A stretch of 11,577 bases of DNA from an uncultured Syntrophobacterales bacterium (GTDB taxonomy: Bacteria; Desulfobacterota; Binatia; UBA9968; JAJDTQ01): NCBI GenBank assembly GCA_964630405.1, contig CAZVUC010000022.1, positions 1-11,577 on the forward strand, given 5' to 3'. Position 1 is the first letter of the stretch; the number at the start of each line of letters is the position of its first letter. The notes beneath the pieces were generated by a model, which was not told the DNA's origin, ran no database searches, and saw nothing but the letters and a program-made list of their open reading frames with translations. Below are positions 1-6,617 of this stretch, one piece after another. Position numbers and translations under genes: made by a program.

Positions 1-13
1 GCAGGCCCCAGCT

Positions 14-57
14 CCACCCCTGGATTCCCGCTTTCGCGGGAATGACGAATTGGGGGG
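14..57 (+). repeat. Copy 1 (degenerate) of a ~50-bp interspersed palindromic repeat. Core ATTCCCGC-TTTC-GCGGGAATGACG is followed by AATTGGGGGG. The left arm lacks the CGTC found in the other copies.
   Basis: A perfect 8-12 bp inverted repeat with a 4-nt loop at 24-47. It closely matches the elements at 6531-6586 and 8111-8164. It is intergenic, upstream of the gene at 116. Confidence 0.7.
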
Positions 58-115
58 CGGCAGACGTAACGAAGCGAAATCGAAGGACGCCGTCCAGCAA
101 AGAGGACTTCGGCTC

Positions 116-1024
116 ATGACCCGACGTGCACGATACCGGACGCTCATCTGCGGCGCTGTCCTGCTTGCCGGCTGGCTGGCCCTGGGGATCTACAACGTCG
201 AGTCGGACGAGAGCGCGGTGGCGTACGTGCTCGGCCGAGCCGTGGGCCGCGATGTCCTCCCGGGAATACACTGGAACCCGCCGTGGCCGCTGGGCCAGGT
301 TGTGGTAGCCAGGACGGCCACGAACTTCCTCATGCCGGTGGAGCACACGGAGCCGCAAGGACCCGCCGGGAGCGAGTCGGAGTCCCTCTGGCTCCTGGGC
401 GACACCAACGTCATTGCCGGAAGGCTGGGAATCCAGTACAGCATTCGCAGCCTGACGCGCTTCGAGGTCTCGCACGAGGACCCGCGGGAACTGCTGAGTC
501 GGGCCGGCCGCCAGGTCGTGACGCGGTTTCTCGCGGGCGAGAGCGTGGACGCCGCGCTGACCACCCGGCGTAACGACCTGCTGGACGCGGTGCAGCGGCA
601 GGTGCAGGCGATCCTCGACGACCACGGCTCGGGCATCGAGATCCAGTCGGTGAACGTGGAGACGCTGGCGCCGCCCCGGCAGGGGGGTGTGCGGCAAGCG
701 TTCCAGGAGGTCCAAAGCGCCCTGGCGGACAAGGAGCGGGTGGTGGACGAGGCGCGCGCCGACCGCTCGCAGGTCGTCGCGGAAGCCGATGGGGAGGCGG
801 AGCATCGCGTGACCCAGGCCGAGGCCGCGCGTCACCGGCGGGTGGAGATCGCCAAGGGCGAAGGGGAACGCTTCCGCCGCCTGGCCTTCGAGCACCGCAA
901 GACGCCCAGGCTCACCGAGGAACGGCTTTACCTCGAAACCATTGAAGAGATCCTGCCGCGCATGGATACCTACGTCGTACAGTCCGGCCCGGACGGCAAG
1001 GTCAACCTGCGCGTGGTCCGGTGA
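116..1024 (+). CDS. SPFH/band-7 family membrane protein, HflK-like (FtsH protease modulator paralog), 303 aa, lacking the long C-terminal tail.
   Basis: The ORF track frame is 50-1024. Start is chosen at ATG 116 (MTRRARYRTL...), with AGAGGA 10 nt upstream. There is an N-terminal TM helix (LICGAVLLAGWLALGIY). The SPFH core and the HflK-type C-terminal motifs (QAFQEV..A..DKER, GEAERF, RLYLETIEEIL) can be read from the translation. Confidence 0.75.
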   Translation: MTRRARYRTLICGAVLLAGWLALGIYNVESDESAVAYVLGRAVGRDVLPGIHWNPPWPLGQVVVARTATNFLMPVEHTEPQGPAGSESESLWLLGDTNVIAGRLGIQYSIRSLTRFEVSHEDPRELLSRAGRQVVTRFLAGESVDAALTTRRNDLLDAVQRQVQAILDDHGSGIEIQSVNVETLAPPRQGGVRQAFQEVQSALADKERVVDEARADRSQVVAEADGEAEHRVTQAEAARHRRVEIAKGEGERFRRLAFEHRKTPRLTEERLYLETIEEILPRMDTYVVQSGPDGKVNLRVVR

Positions 1025-1043
1025 ATGGGGGTTGACGAGGGGC

Positions 1044-1077
1044 TTGACACAGGGCACCCTTGAGAATAGGTTCTCAA
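1044..1077 (+). promoter_or_regulatory. Putative znuA1 promoter with an overlapping palindromic operator. TTGACA at 1044-1049 and a second TTGACG at 1032-1037. Palindrome TTGAGAA-TAGG-TTCTCAA at 1060-1077. This is a candidate Zur/Fur-family binding site.
   Basis: A 7-4-7 perfect inverted repeat lies 33 nt upstream of the znuA1 start. It overlaps the expected -10 region about 17 nt after the -35-like TTGACA. Its sequence does not match the enterobacterial Zur consensus, so the regulator identity is inferred only. Confidence 0.4.
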
Positions 1078-1109
1078 TAAAACCTTTCCCGGACCAGGAG
1101 AATAGCGCA

Positions 1110-2216
1110 ATGAAAAAACTGGGGACCTTGTTCCTTGCCATCGTCGCAGCTTGTTGGATCAGCGGCACGCCGGCCCTTGCGAGCGGGCAGCCGATGAACG
1201 TCGTCACCAGCGTGATCCCGGTGGCGTATATCGTTTCGGAGTTGGGCGGCGAGCGGGTCAAGGTGGACGCGTTGGTGCCGCCGGGGGCGAGCCCCCATAC
1301 GTTCGAGCCGGTGCCGAGCGACCTCCGAAAGCTTGCTCGGGCGCGGCAGTTCGTCGTCATCGGCGGGGGCTTCGATGCTTGGTCCGACAAGCTGCTCGGG
1401 GCGGCCCCCAAGGGCATCGAGACCGTGCACCTGATCGAGGCGCCGAACCTTAACCCCATGGAAGGGGAGGACGATCATCACGGCGAGGAGGAAGCCGCCA
1501 AGAAGGAGGATCACGACGGCGAGAAGAAGGTAGCCAAGAAGGAGGAGGATCACCACGGTGAGGAGAAGGTAGCCAAGAAGGAAGAAGACCACCACGGCGA
1601 GGAGAAGGTAGCCAAGAAGGAGGAGGACCACCACGGTGAGGAGAAGGTGGCCAAGAAGGAAGAGGACCACCACGGCGAGGAGGGCGAAGAGTTCAACCCG
1701 CACTTCTGGCTGGACCCGATACGAGTCAGGGACGTCCTCGTTCCCGTGCTGACGGAGCGGTTGATTGCGGCGGACCCGGCCGGAAAGGCCTACTATGAGA
1801 AACGCCGGCAAGACTTTCAACAGCGGTTGACAGCCCTGGACCAGGAGATTCGAGCGGAACTGGACAAGGCGAAGACGCGTAAATACATCGCGTTTCACGC
1901 GGCGTGGCCCTATTTCGCGGAACGCTACGGCCTCGAGAAGGTCGCGGTGGTCCAGGAGTTCGGCGGCGAGGAGCCGACTCCCAGGGAAGTCGCTACCTTG
2001 GTGCGGGACGCGCGCGCCGCCGGGGTCGGGGCCATCCTGGTGGAGCCGCAACTGAATCCCCGGGTGGCGCAGACCATCGCCGCGGAGTTCGGCGCCGGAA
2101 CGGTGGTGGTGGATCCCGTGGGCGATCCTGGCGATGCGGCGCGCGACAGCTACGAGGATCTGATGCGGTTCAATGTCCGCGCCTTCGGACAGGCGCTCCA
2201 GGGAAAACGCAATTGA
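1110..2216 (+). CDS. znuA: Periplasmic metal-binding protein of the zinc ABC transporter (cluster A-I SBP, ZnuA-like) with a long acidic His-rich loop.
   Basis: ATG 1110 with AGGAG 9 nt upstream. The signal peptide is MKKLGTLFLAIVAACWISGTPALA. Conserved metal-ligand contexts are SPHTFEP, NPHFWLDP and AFHAAWPYF. The His/Asp/Glu-rich insert (DHHGEE...) is typical of ZnuA rather than Mn-type MntC/PsaA. The in-frame upstream extension 942-1109 overlaps the preceding gene and promoter and is rejected. Confidence 0.85.
   Translation: MKKLGTLFLAIVAACWISGTPALASGQPMNVVTSVIPVAYIVSELGGERVKVDALVPPGASPHTFEPVPSDLRKLARARQFVVIGGGFDAWSDKLLGAAPKGIETVHLIEAPNLNPMEGEDDHHGEEEAAKKEDHDGEKKVAKKEEDHHGEEKVAKKEEDHHGEEKVAKKEEDHHGEEKVAKKEEDHHGEEGEEFNPHFWLDPIRVRDVLVPVLTERLIAADPAGKAYYEKRRQDFQQRLTALDQEIRAELDKAKTRKYIAFHAAWPYFAERYGLEKVAVVQEFGGEEPTPREVATLVRDARAAGVGAILVEPQLNPRVAQTIAAEFGAGTVVVDPVGDPGDAARDSYEDLMRFNVRAFGQALQGKRN
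1470..1690 (+). repeat. In-frame 39-bp tandem repeat array (about 5.5 units) encoding the 13-aa module (E)DHHGEEKVAKKEE of the ZnuA1 His-rich loop.
   Basis: Units at 1509-1547, 1548-1586, 1587-1625 and 1626-1664 differ from each other only at synonymous third positions (gat/gac, ggt/ggc, gta/gtg, gaa/gag). A degenerate unit precedes them at 1470-1508 and a partial unit follows at 1665-1682. Confidence 0.9.
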
Positions 2217-2998
2217 ACAACGACAAGGTCGTGGTGGGCCTCACCGGCGCGACGGTGGAGCTTGACGGCCGTTGCGTGCTGAACGACATCACTTTCGACG
2301 TGCACGAAGGCGGGTTCGTGGGGATCATCGGACCCAACGGAGCCGGCAAGACGACGCTCATGCGCACGATCATGGGGCTCGTGCCGGTGGTGAGCGGCCG
2401 GGTGGAAGTGTTCGGCTCCCCGCCCGGCGGGAAAGGCTCCGACGCCATCGGTTACGTGCCGCAACGCCAGAGCATCGCTCCCGAGTTTCCGGCCACCGTC
2501 GGCGACGTGGTGATGATGGGGAGGCTGCGGCAACTCGGCGCCTTCGGGTTCCCGGGCAAGAAGGACTGGGAGCGGGTGGACCAAAGCCTCGAGCTCGTGG
2601 GCATGCAGGACCGCAGGGACCGTCCCGTGGGGCGGATGTCGGGCGGCGAGCAGCGCCGGGTCATGCTGGCCCAGGCATTGTGCGCCAGCACGCGGTTGCT
2701 GGTGCTCGACGAGCCCACGGTGGGCCTCGATCTTCCCGCCGAGCACGAGTTCTATGCGCTGCTCCGAAGACTCATACGGGATTTGACCCTGACCATCGTG
2801 GCGGTGTCCCATGACCTCGTGGCCATGGCCGGCCAGTCCGATGAGCTGATCTGCATCAACCAACGCATGCACATTCACGGGAACGCCGAGGACGTGATCC
2901 ACAGCCACGCCATCCGCGAAGCCTACCGCTGCGAGTTCGACTTCCTGGGCGGCGAGCTTGCCCATCACGAGACGCCCGGCCATCAACATGACGGGTGA
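2213..2998 (+). CDS. znuC: Zinc ABC transporter ATP-binding protein (ZnuC-like).
   Basis: Walker A GPNGAGKTT, ABC signature MSGGEQRRV and Walker B LLVLDEPT are present. The likely start is TTG 2213, overlapping the znuA1 TGA stop (TTGA), with GGGAAA 6 nt upstream. An alternative GTG start lies at 2231/2234. The C-terminal tail is His-rich (HHETPGHQHDG). The ORF track entry 1904-2998 begins in a frame overlapping znuA1 and is trimmed. Confidence 0.8.
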   Translation: MNNDKVVVGLTGATVELDGRCVLNDITFDVHEGGFVGIIGPNGAGKTTLMRTIMGLVPVVSGRVEVFGSPPGGKGSDAIGYVPQRQSIAPEFPATVGDVVMMGRLRQLGAFGFPGKKDWERVDQSLELVGMQDRRDRPVGRMSGGEQRRVMLAQALCASTRLLVLDEPTVGLDLPAEHEFYALLRRLIRDLTLTIVAVSHDLVAMAGQSDELICINQRMHIHGNAEDVIHSHAIREAYRCEFDFLGGELAHHETPGHQHDG

Positions 2999-3031
2999 CA
3001 CGCCGGCCGCGCCCATGCGGACACTTTTCTG

Positions 3032-3865
3032 ATGTTCGAATTCGCCTTCATGCAGCGCGCACTGGCGGCGGCGGTCCTGGTGGGTCTGCTATGCGGCATC
3101 CTGGGCTTTTTCGTGGTGCTGCGGCGTCTGGCTTTCATCGGCGTCGGGATCTCCCATTCGGCCATCGGAGGCGTTGCCATCGGCATCCTGGCGGGATGGA
3201 ATCCGCTCCTGACCGGCGCCTTCTTCGCCATCGCAGTGGCGCTGGGAATCGCCCTCGTGAGCCAGAACGACCACATCAGCGAAGACACGGTCATCGGCGT
3301 GTTCTTCTCCGGGTCCATGGCCCTGGGCGTCGTGCTTTTCAGCATGAAGAGCGGCTACCAGCAGGATCTCTTCAGCTACCTCTTCGGCAACGTGCTGGCC
3401 ATCTCCACCGGCGAGCTGGTGGCCCTCGCCTGTGCGAGCGCGGTGATCATGGTGATCATGCTGATGACGTTCAAGGAGCACATGCTGATCTCGTTCGACG
3501 AAGAGGTGGCGGCGGCCTACGGCCACAAGGTCCTGGCGATGAACGTGCTGCTGCTGGTGGTGCTGGCCCTCACCGTCGTCATCGGCGTAAGGCTGGTGGG
3601 CCTGTTGCTGATCCAGGCCCTGCTGGTGGTGCCCGCCGCGATCGCGGCCCTGTGCGCGTTGAATTTCCGGTGGCAGGTGCTGCTGGCGGCCTTGATCGGA
3701 TCGCTTTCGGGCGTGGCGGGGCTCGTGCTGGCGTATCATTTCGACATCGCCGCCGGAGGATCCATCGTGATGGTGGCGGTGGCGCTCTTCTTCGTGACCC
3801 TGCTGGCGCACTTCCTCCGCCGTCAGTTCCGGACTCCGCCGCCTGTCTCCCTGGATGAACCGTAG
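3032..3865 (+). CDS. znuB: Zinc ABC transporter permease (ABC-3 family, ZnuB-like).
   Basis: 277 aa. The N-terminus is MFEFAFMQRALAAAVLVGLL. The conserved FVVLRRLAFIGVGISHSA motif and 8-9 hydrophobic helices are present. The gene is colinear with znuA1-znuC1. Confidence 0.85.
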   Translation: MFEFAFMQRALAAAVLVGLLCGILGFFVVLRRLAFIGVGISHSAIGGVAIGILAGWNPLLTGAFFAIAVALGIALVSQNDHISEDTVIGVFFSGSMALGVVLFSMKSGYQQDLFSYLFGNVLAISTGELVALACASAVIMVIMLMTFKEHMLISFDEEVAAAYGHKVLAMNVLLLVVLALTVVIGVRLVGLLLIQALLVVPAAIAALCALNFRWQVLLAALIGSLSGVAGLVLAYHFDIAAGGSIVMVAVALFFVTLLAHFLRRQFRTPPPVSLDEP

Positions 3866-3921
3866 GAACCGAGGAAGACACTGAGCCATCGCGGTCGGGC
3901 ATGGGGGTGTCCCGAAGGACG

Positions 3922-4725
3922 TTACAGGCTCCTGGTGCGGGCGTGCGGCCGGCCGAGGCGCGTGATCACGAACAGCGCCAGCGCCGCGGTCACGATGGAG
4001 GGCCCGGACGGCGTGTCGAACGCGGCCGAGGCGAGGAGGCCGCCGGCGATGGCGACGATGCCCGCGGCGGCCGCGCCCCCGGCCATCCTCTCGGGGCTCG
4101 ACGCGAAGCGCCGCACCGTGGCCGGCGGGATCACCAGCAACGCCACGATCAGCAGGATGCCGACGATCTTGACGGCGACGGCTATGAGCGCCGCCACCAA
4201 GAAACCGAACACCAGACGCGCGCGTTCCGGCCGGAGTCCCGCGACGACCGCGAGGTCGACGCTGACGGTGGCCGCCAGGAGCGGGCGCCAGATCCACCAA
4301 AGCACCCCCAGGGCGCCGGCGGCGCCCGCCCAGATGACCGCGATGTCCGTCCGGGTCACGGCGAGAATGTCGCCGAAGAGCAGCCCGTGCAGGTCGAAGC
4401 GCATGCTCGGGAAGAACGCCAGCACCACCAAGCCCAAGGACAGTCCCCCGTGGGCAAGCAGGCCGAGGATGGTGTCGGCGGGCAGGGTGTCGCTGCGTTC
4501 GAGATAGTACATGACCAGTACCACCGCGGAAGCGGTGGCGAAGATGCCGATGGAAAGGTCGATGTCCAGCACGAGGGCCGCCGCGACCCCCAGCAGCGCC
4601 GAGTGCGCGATGGTCTCGCCGAAGTAGGCCAACCGCCGCCACACCACGAAACAGCCGGTGGGCCCGGTGACCAAGGCCAGCCCGACCCCGGCCAGCAGCG
4701 CGCGTGTGAAGAAATCGTCCAGCAT
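3922..4725 (-). CDS. znuB: Second ABC-3 family metal permease (ZnuB-like paralog).
   Basis: 267 aa. MLDDFFTRALLAG..FVVWRRLAYFGETIAHSALLG resembles E. coli ZnuB. It lies 31 nt downstream of znuC2 on the minus strand and is convergent with znuB1. Confidence 0.85.
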   Translation of the reverse strand: MLDDFFTRALLAGVGLALVTGPTGCFVVWRRLAYFGETIAHSALLGVAAALVLDIDLSIGIFATASAVVLVMYYLERSDTLPADTILGLLAHGGLSLGLVVLAFFPSMRFDLHGLLFGDILAVTRTDIAVIWAGAAGALGVLWWIWRPLLAATVSVDLAVVAGLRPERARLVFGFLVAALIAVAVKIVGILLIVALLVIPPATVRRFASSPERMAGGAAAAGIVAIAGGLLASAAFDTPSGPSIVTAALALFVITRLGRPHARTRSL

Positions 4726-4756
4726 CGTTCAACCGGCCGGCCGGGTATCCCCGGCG

Positions 4757-5461
4757 TCAGGACGCCGGCGCGGAGTCCCCGCCACCGGGGGCGAGCCCCT
4801 TGAAGCCGCTGATGCCGAAAGGAGGGTCGTCGTGCTCGTGGGGCACGAAGACTACGAAGTCGTCGCCCGTGTCCATGGCCTTCCGAAGGTCGTGGGAGAC
4901 GATGAGGACGCCGCAGCCCAGGTCGCGGCGGATACCCTCGATCAACTCGTGCACGACGTCCATTCCGGTGGCGTCGACACCCTGCTCCGGTTCGTCGAGC
5001 ACCAGCAGGTCCGGCCGGTGAATCAGCGCCCGCGCCAGCAGCAGCCGCTGGAACTCGCCGCCCGACAGGGTGGTGACCGGCGGGTCGCCGAGCCGTTCGA
5101 GCCCCACGGCGGTGAGGGCCGCGTCGATCCTGTCGGCGGCGAAACGGCCGGTGAGCGTCATCAGGCGGCGCAGGGTCAGGGGCAGCGTGGGGGTTACGAG
5201 CAGTCTTTGCGGTACGTAGCCCACCTCCAGGGCCGGCGCCCGCGCCACGTGCCCCTCGTCCACGTCGAGCAGGCCCAGGACGGCCTTGACACAGGTGGAC
5301 TTGCCCGCGCCGTTGGCGCCGATGAGGTAGACTAGTTCGCCGCGCGTCACCTTGAGGTCCACGTGCCGGATGATCCAGCGTTCGCCGCGCCGGACGCCGA
5401 TGTCGCGGGCGTCGACGAGCAGGGTGGGAAGGTCGGGCGGTGTGCTTGAAGGGTCCGTCAT
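4757..5461 (-). CDS. znuC: Second zinc-type ABC transporter ATP-binding protein (ZnuC-like paralog).
   Basis: 234 aa. Walker A GANGAGKST, signature LSGGEFQRL and Walker B LLVLDEPEQGVD are present. It is divergent from znuA2. Confidence 0.85.
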   Translation of the reverse strand: MTDPSSTPPDLPTLLVDARDIGVRRGERWIIRHVDLKVTRGELVYLIGANGAGKSTCVKAVLGLLDVDEGHVARAPALEVGYVPQRLLVTPTLPLTLRRLMTLTGRFAADRIDAALTAVGLERLGDPPVTTLSGGEFQRLLLARALIHRPDLLVLDEPEQGVDATGMDVVHELIEGIRRDLGCGVLIVSHDLRKAMDTGDDFVVFVPHEHDDPPFGISGFKGLAPGGGDSAPAS

Positions 5462-5585
5462 GGTTGGAGCGCTCGAACAAAGATCACAAAGATCACGATG
5501 GATGATAACAATATATTGTATTCACCGTCGCGTGGGAAACTTCGTTCCCTTGCGCGCAGGAAGCATCTGGTTTCAGGGGATGGTC
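5462..5585. promoter_or_regulatory. Divergent znuA2 / znuC2-znuB2 promoter region. It contains an AT-rich palindrome ACAATATATTGT (5508-5519, within GATAACAATATATTGTATTCAC) and a tandem direct 9-mer AAAGATCAC x2 (5479-5496). It is a candidate Zur/Fur-family operator.
   Basis: This is the only AT-rich stretch in a GC-rich window. The palindrome contains -10-like hexamers on both strands (TATATT on the plus strand, TACAAT on the minus strand). It sits between the two divergently transcribed start codons at 5461 and 5586. Confidence 0.5.
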
Positions 5586-6527
5586 ATGAGAAACTTCATC
5601 TGTGCGACGGTCCTGCTGGCATGTGCGGCCGTTGTGTCGTCTCCGGCTCATTCCGCGGATCGGGTCGTGGCGACATTCAAGCCGGTGCACTCACTGGTGA
5701 GCGCGGTGATGGCCGGGGTGGGCGAGCCTTACCTGATCATGCGCGGCGCCGAGTCGCCGCACACCTACCGCATGCGCCCGTCCGACGCCAGGGTCATCGG
5801 CAAGGCCCGCGTCATCTTCATGATCGGTGAGCTCACGGAGACGACGCTGGCCGGCCCCATCCGCAAGCTCGGCCGCAAGGTACGGGTCGTGGAGTTGGCC
5901 GAAGCGCCGTTGCTGGTCCGCAGGCCGCTGCGCGAGGGCGGCGCTTTCGACGACGGCGATGACGATCACGGGCACGGTCACGGGCACGGCCATGGACACG
6001 ACGACGCTTTCGACATGCACGTCTGGCTCGACCCGGTGAACGCCGGGTGGATGACGTTGGCCATCGCCCGGACGCTGTCCGAGACCGATCCGGCCAACGC
6101 CGCGAAGTACGAGGCCAACGCGGACGCCCTGATCACGCGCCTGGAGGCCTTGCAGGCGGAGTTGGACGCGGAGCTGGCGCCGGTGCGGAAGAAGCCCTTC
6201 ATCGTGTTCCACGATGCTTATCAGTATTTCGAGAAGCGTTTCGGGTTGACCGCCGCCGGCTCGGCCGTGGTCAGCACCGGCCGGACGCCCGGCGTCCGGC
6301 GCGTCCGTGAGCTGCGCCGCAAGGTGCGGGAACTGGGCGTGGTGTGCGTGTTCGCCGAGCCTCGCTACGATCCCCGTTTCGTCAAGCTCATCACGGAAGA
6401 CACGGACGCGCGCTCCGGCACCATCGACCCCGCCGGCGTCACCATCAAGCCCGGCCCCGAGATGTACTTCAGCCTGCTGCGGAACATGGCCGCATCCTTC
6501 AAGGCGTGCCTGGCGCCGACGGGCTAG
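5586..6527 (+). CDS. znuA: Second periplasmic metal-binding protein (ZnuA-like paralog) with a short His-Gly repeat loop.
   Basis: The signal peptide is MRNFICATVLLACAAVVSSPAHSA. The start is ATG 5586, with GGGGA 5 nt upstream; an alternative ATG at 5580 is possible. Ligand contexts are SPHTYRMRP, DMHVWLDP and VFHDAYQYF. The loop is DDGDDDHGHGHGHGHGHDD. The long upstream extension in the ORF track (5352-) is rejected. Confidence 0.85.
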   Translation: MRNFICATVLLACAAVVSSPAHSADRVVATFKPVHSLVSAVMAGVGEPYLIMRGAESPHTYRMRPSDARVIGKARVIFMIGELTETTLAGPIRKLGRKVRVVELAEAPLLVRRPLREGGAFDDGDDDHGHGHGHGHGHDDAFDMHVWLDPVNAGWMTLAIARTLSETDPANAAKYEANADALITRLEALQAELDAELAPVRKKPFIVFHDAYQYFEKRFGLTAAGSAVVSTGRTPGVRRVRELRRKVRELGVVCVFAEPRYDPRFVKLITEDTDARSGTIDPAGVTIKPGPEMYFSLLRNMAASFKACLAPTG

Positions 6528-6530
6528 GAC

Positions 6531-6586
6531 GCGCCCAATACGTCATTCCCGCTTTCGCGGGAATGACGATTCAGGGGGTTGTTGCC
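6531..6586 (+). repeat. Copy 2 of the ~50-bp palindromic repeat: CCCAATA-CGTCATTCCCGC-TTTC-GCGGGAATGACG-ATTCAGGGGGTTGTTGCC. GGGTTGTTG is partly re-duplicated at 6602-6614.
   Basis: A perfect 12-bp stem with a 4-nt loop at 6541-6568. The copy is oriented with the upstream plus-strand gene znuA2. It sits between the convergent znuA2 and carboxyltransferase 3' ends. Confidence 0.85.
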
Positions 6587-6617
6587 GTTCTCAGACGCAG
6601 AGGGTTGTTGGCACAGG

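Noticed and set aside
24-47. The core ATTCCC-N8-GGGAAT fits the formal pattern of the Neisseria dRS3 repeat.
   Set aside because: The genome context (about 67% GC, gene content) is not Neisseria-like, and the conserved flanks differ. The resemblance is most likely coincidental, and the element is treated as a lineage-specific REP-like repeat.
942-1109. N-terminal 56-codon extension of the znuA1 frame, which the ORF track starts at 942.
   Set aside because: It overlaps the 3' end of the preceding gene and the promoter/operator. A strong SD and signal peptide begin at ATG 1110.
3866-3921. Possible bidirectional terminator between the convergent znuB1 and znuB2.
   Set aside because: Only weak or imperfect stems (TCGGG..CCCGA, GACAC..GTGTC) with long loops and no U-tract. 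There is not enough support to call a terminator.
3089-4732. 547-aa minus-strand ORF, plus 3901-4803 (+), 4356-5480 (-), 4658-5335 (+), 6658-8028 (-), 7422-8153 (+), 9920-11311 (+), 9310-9957 (+) and other long ORFs in the six-frame track.
   Set aside because: They are Arg/Gly/Pro/His-rich low-complexity translations lying antisense to, or frame-shifted over, well-supported genes (znuB, znuC, carboxyltransferase, HflK, binding protein). These are typical high-GC shadow ORFs with no domain signal.
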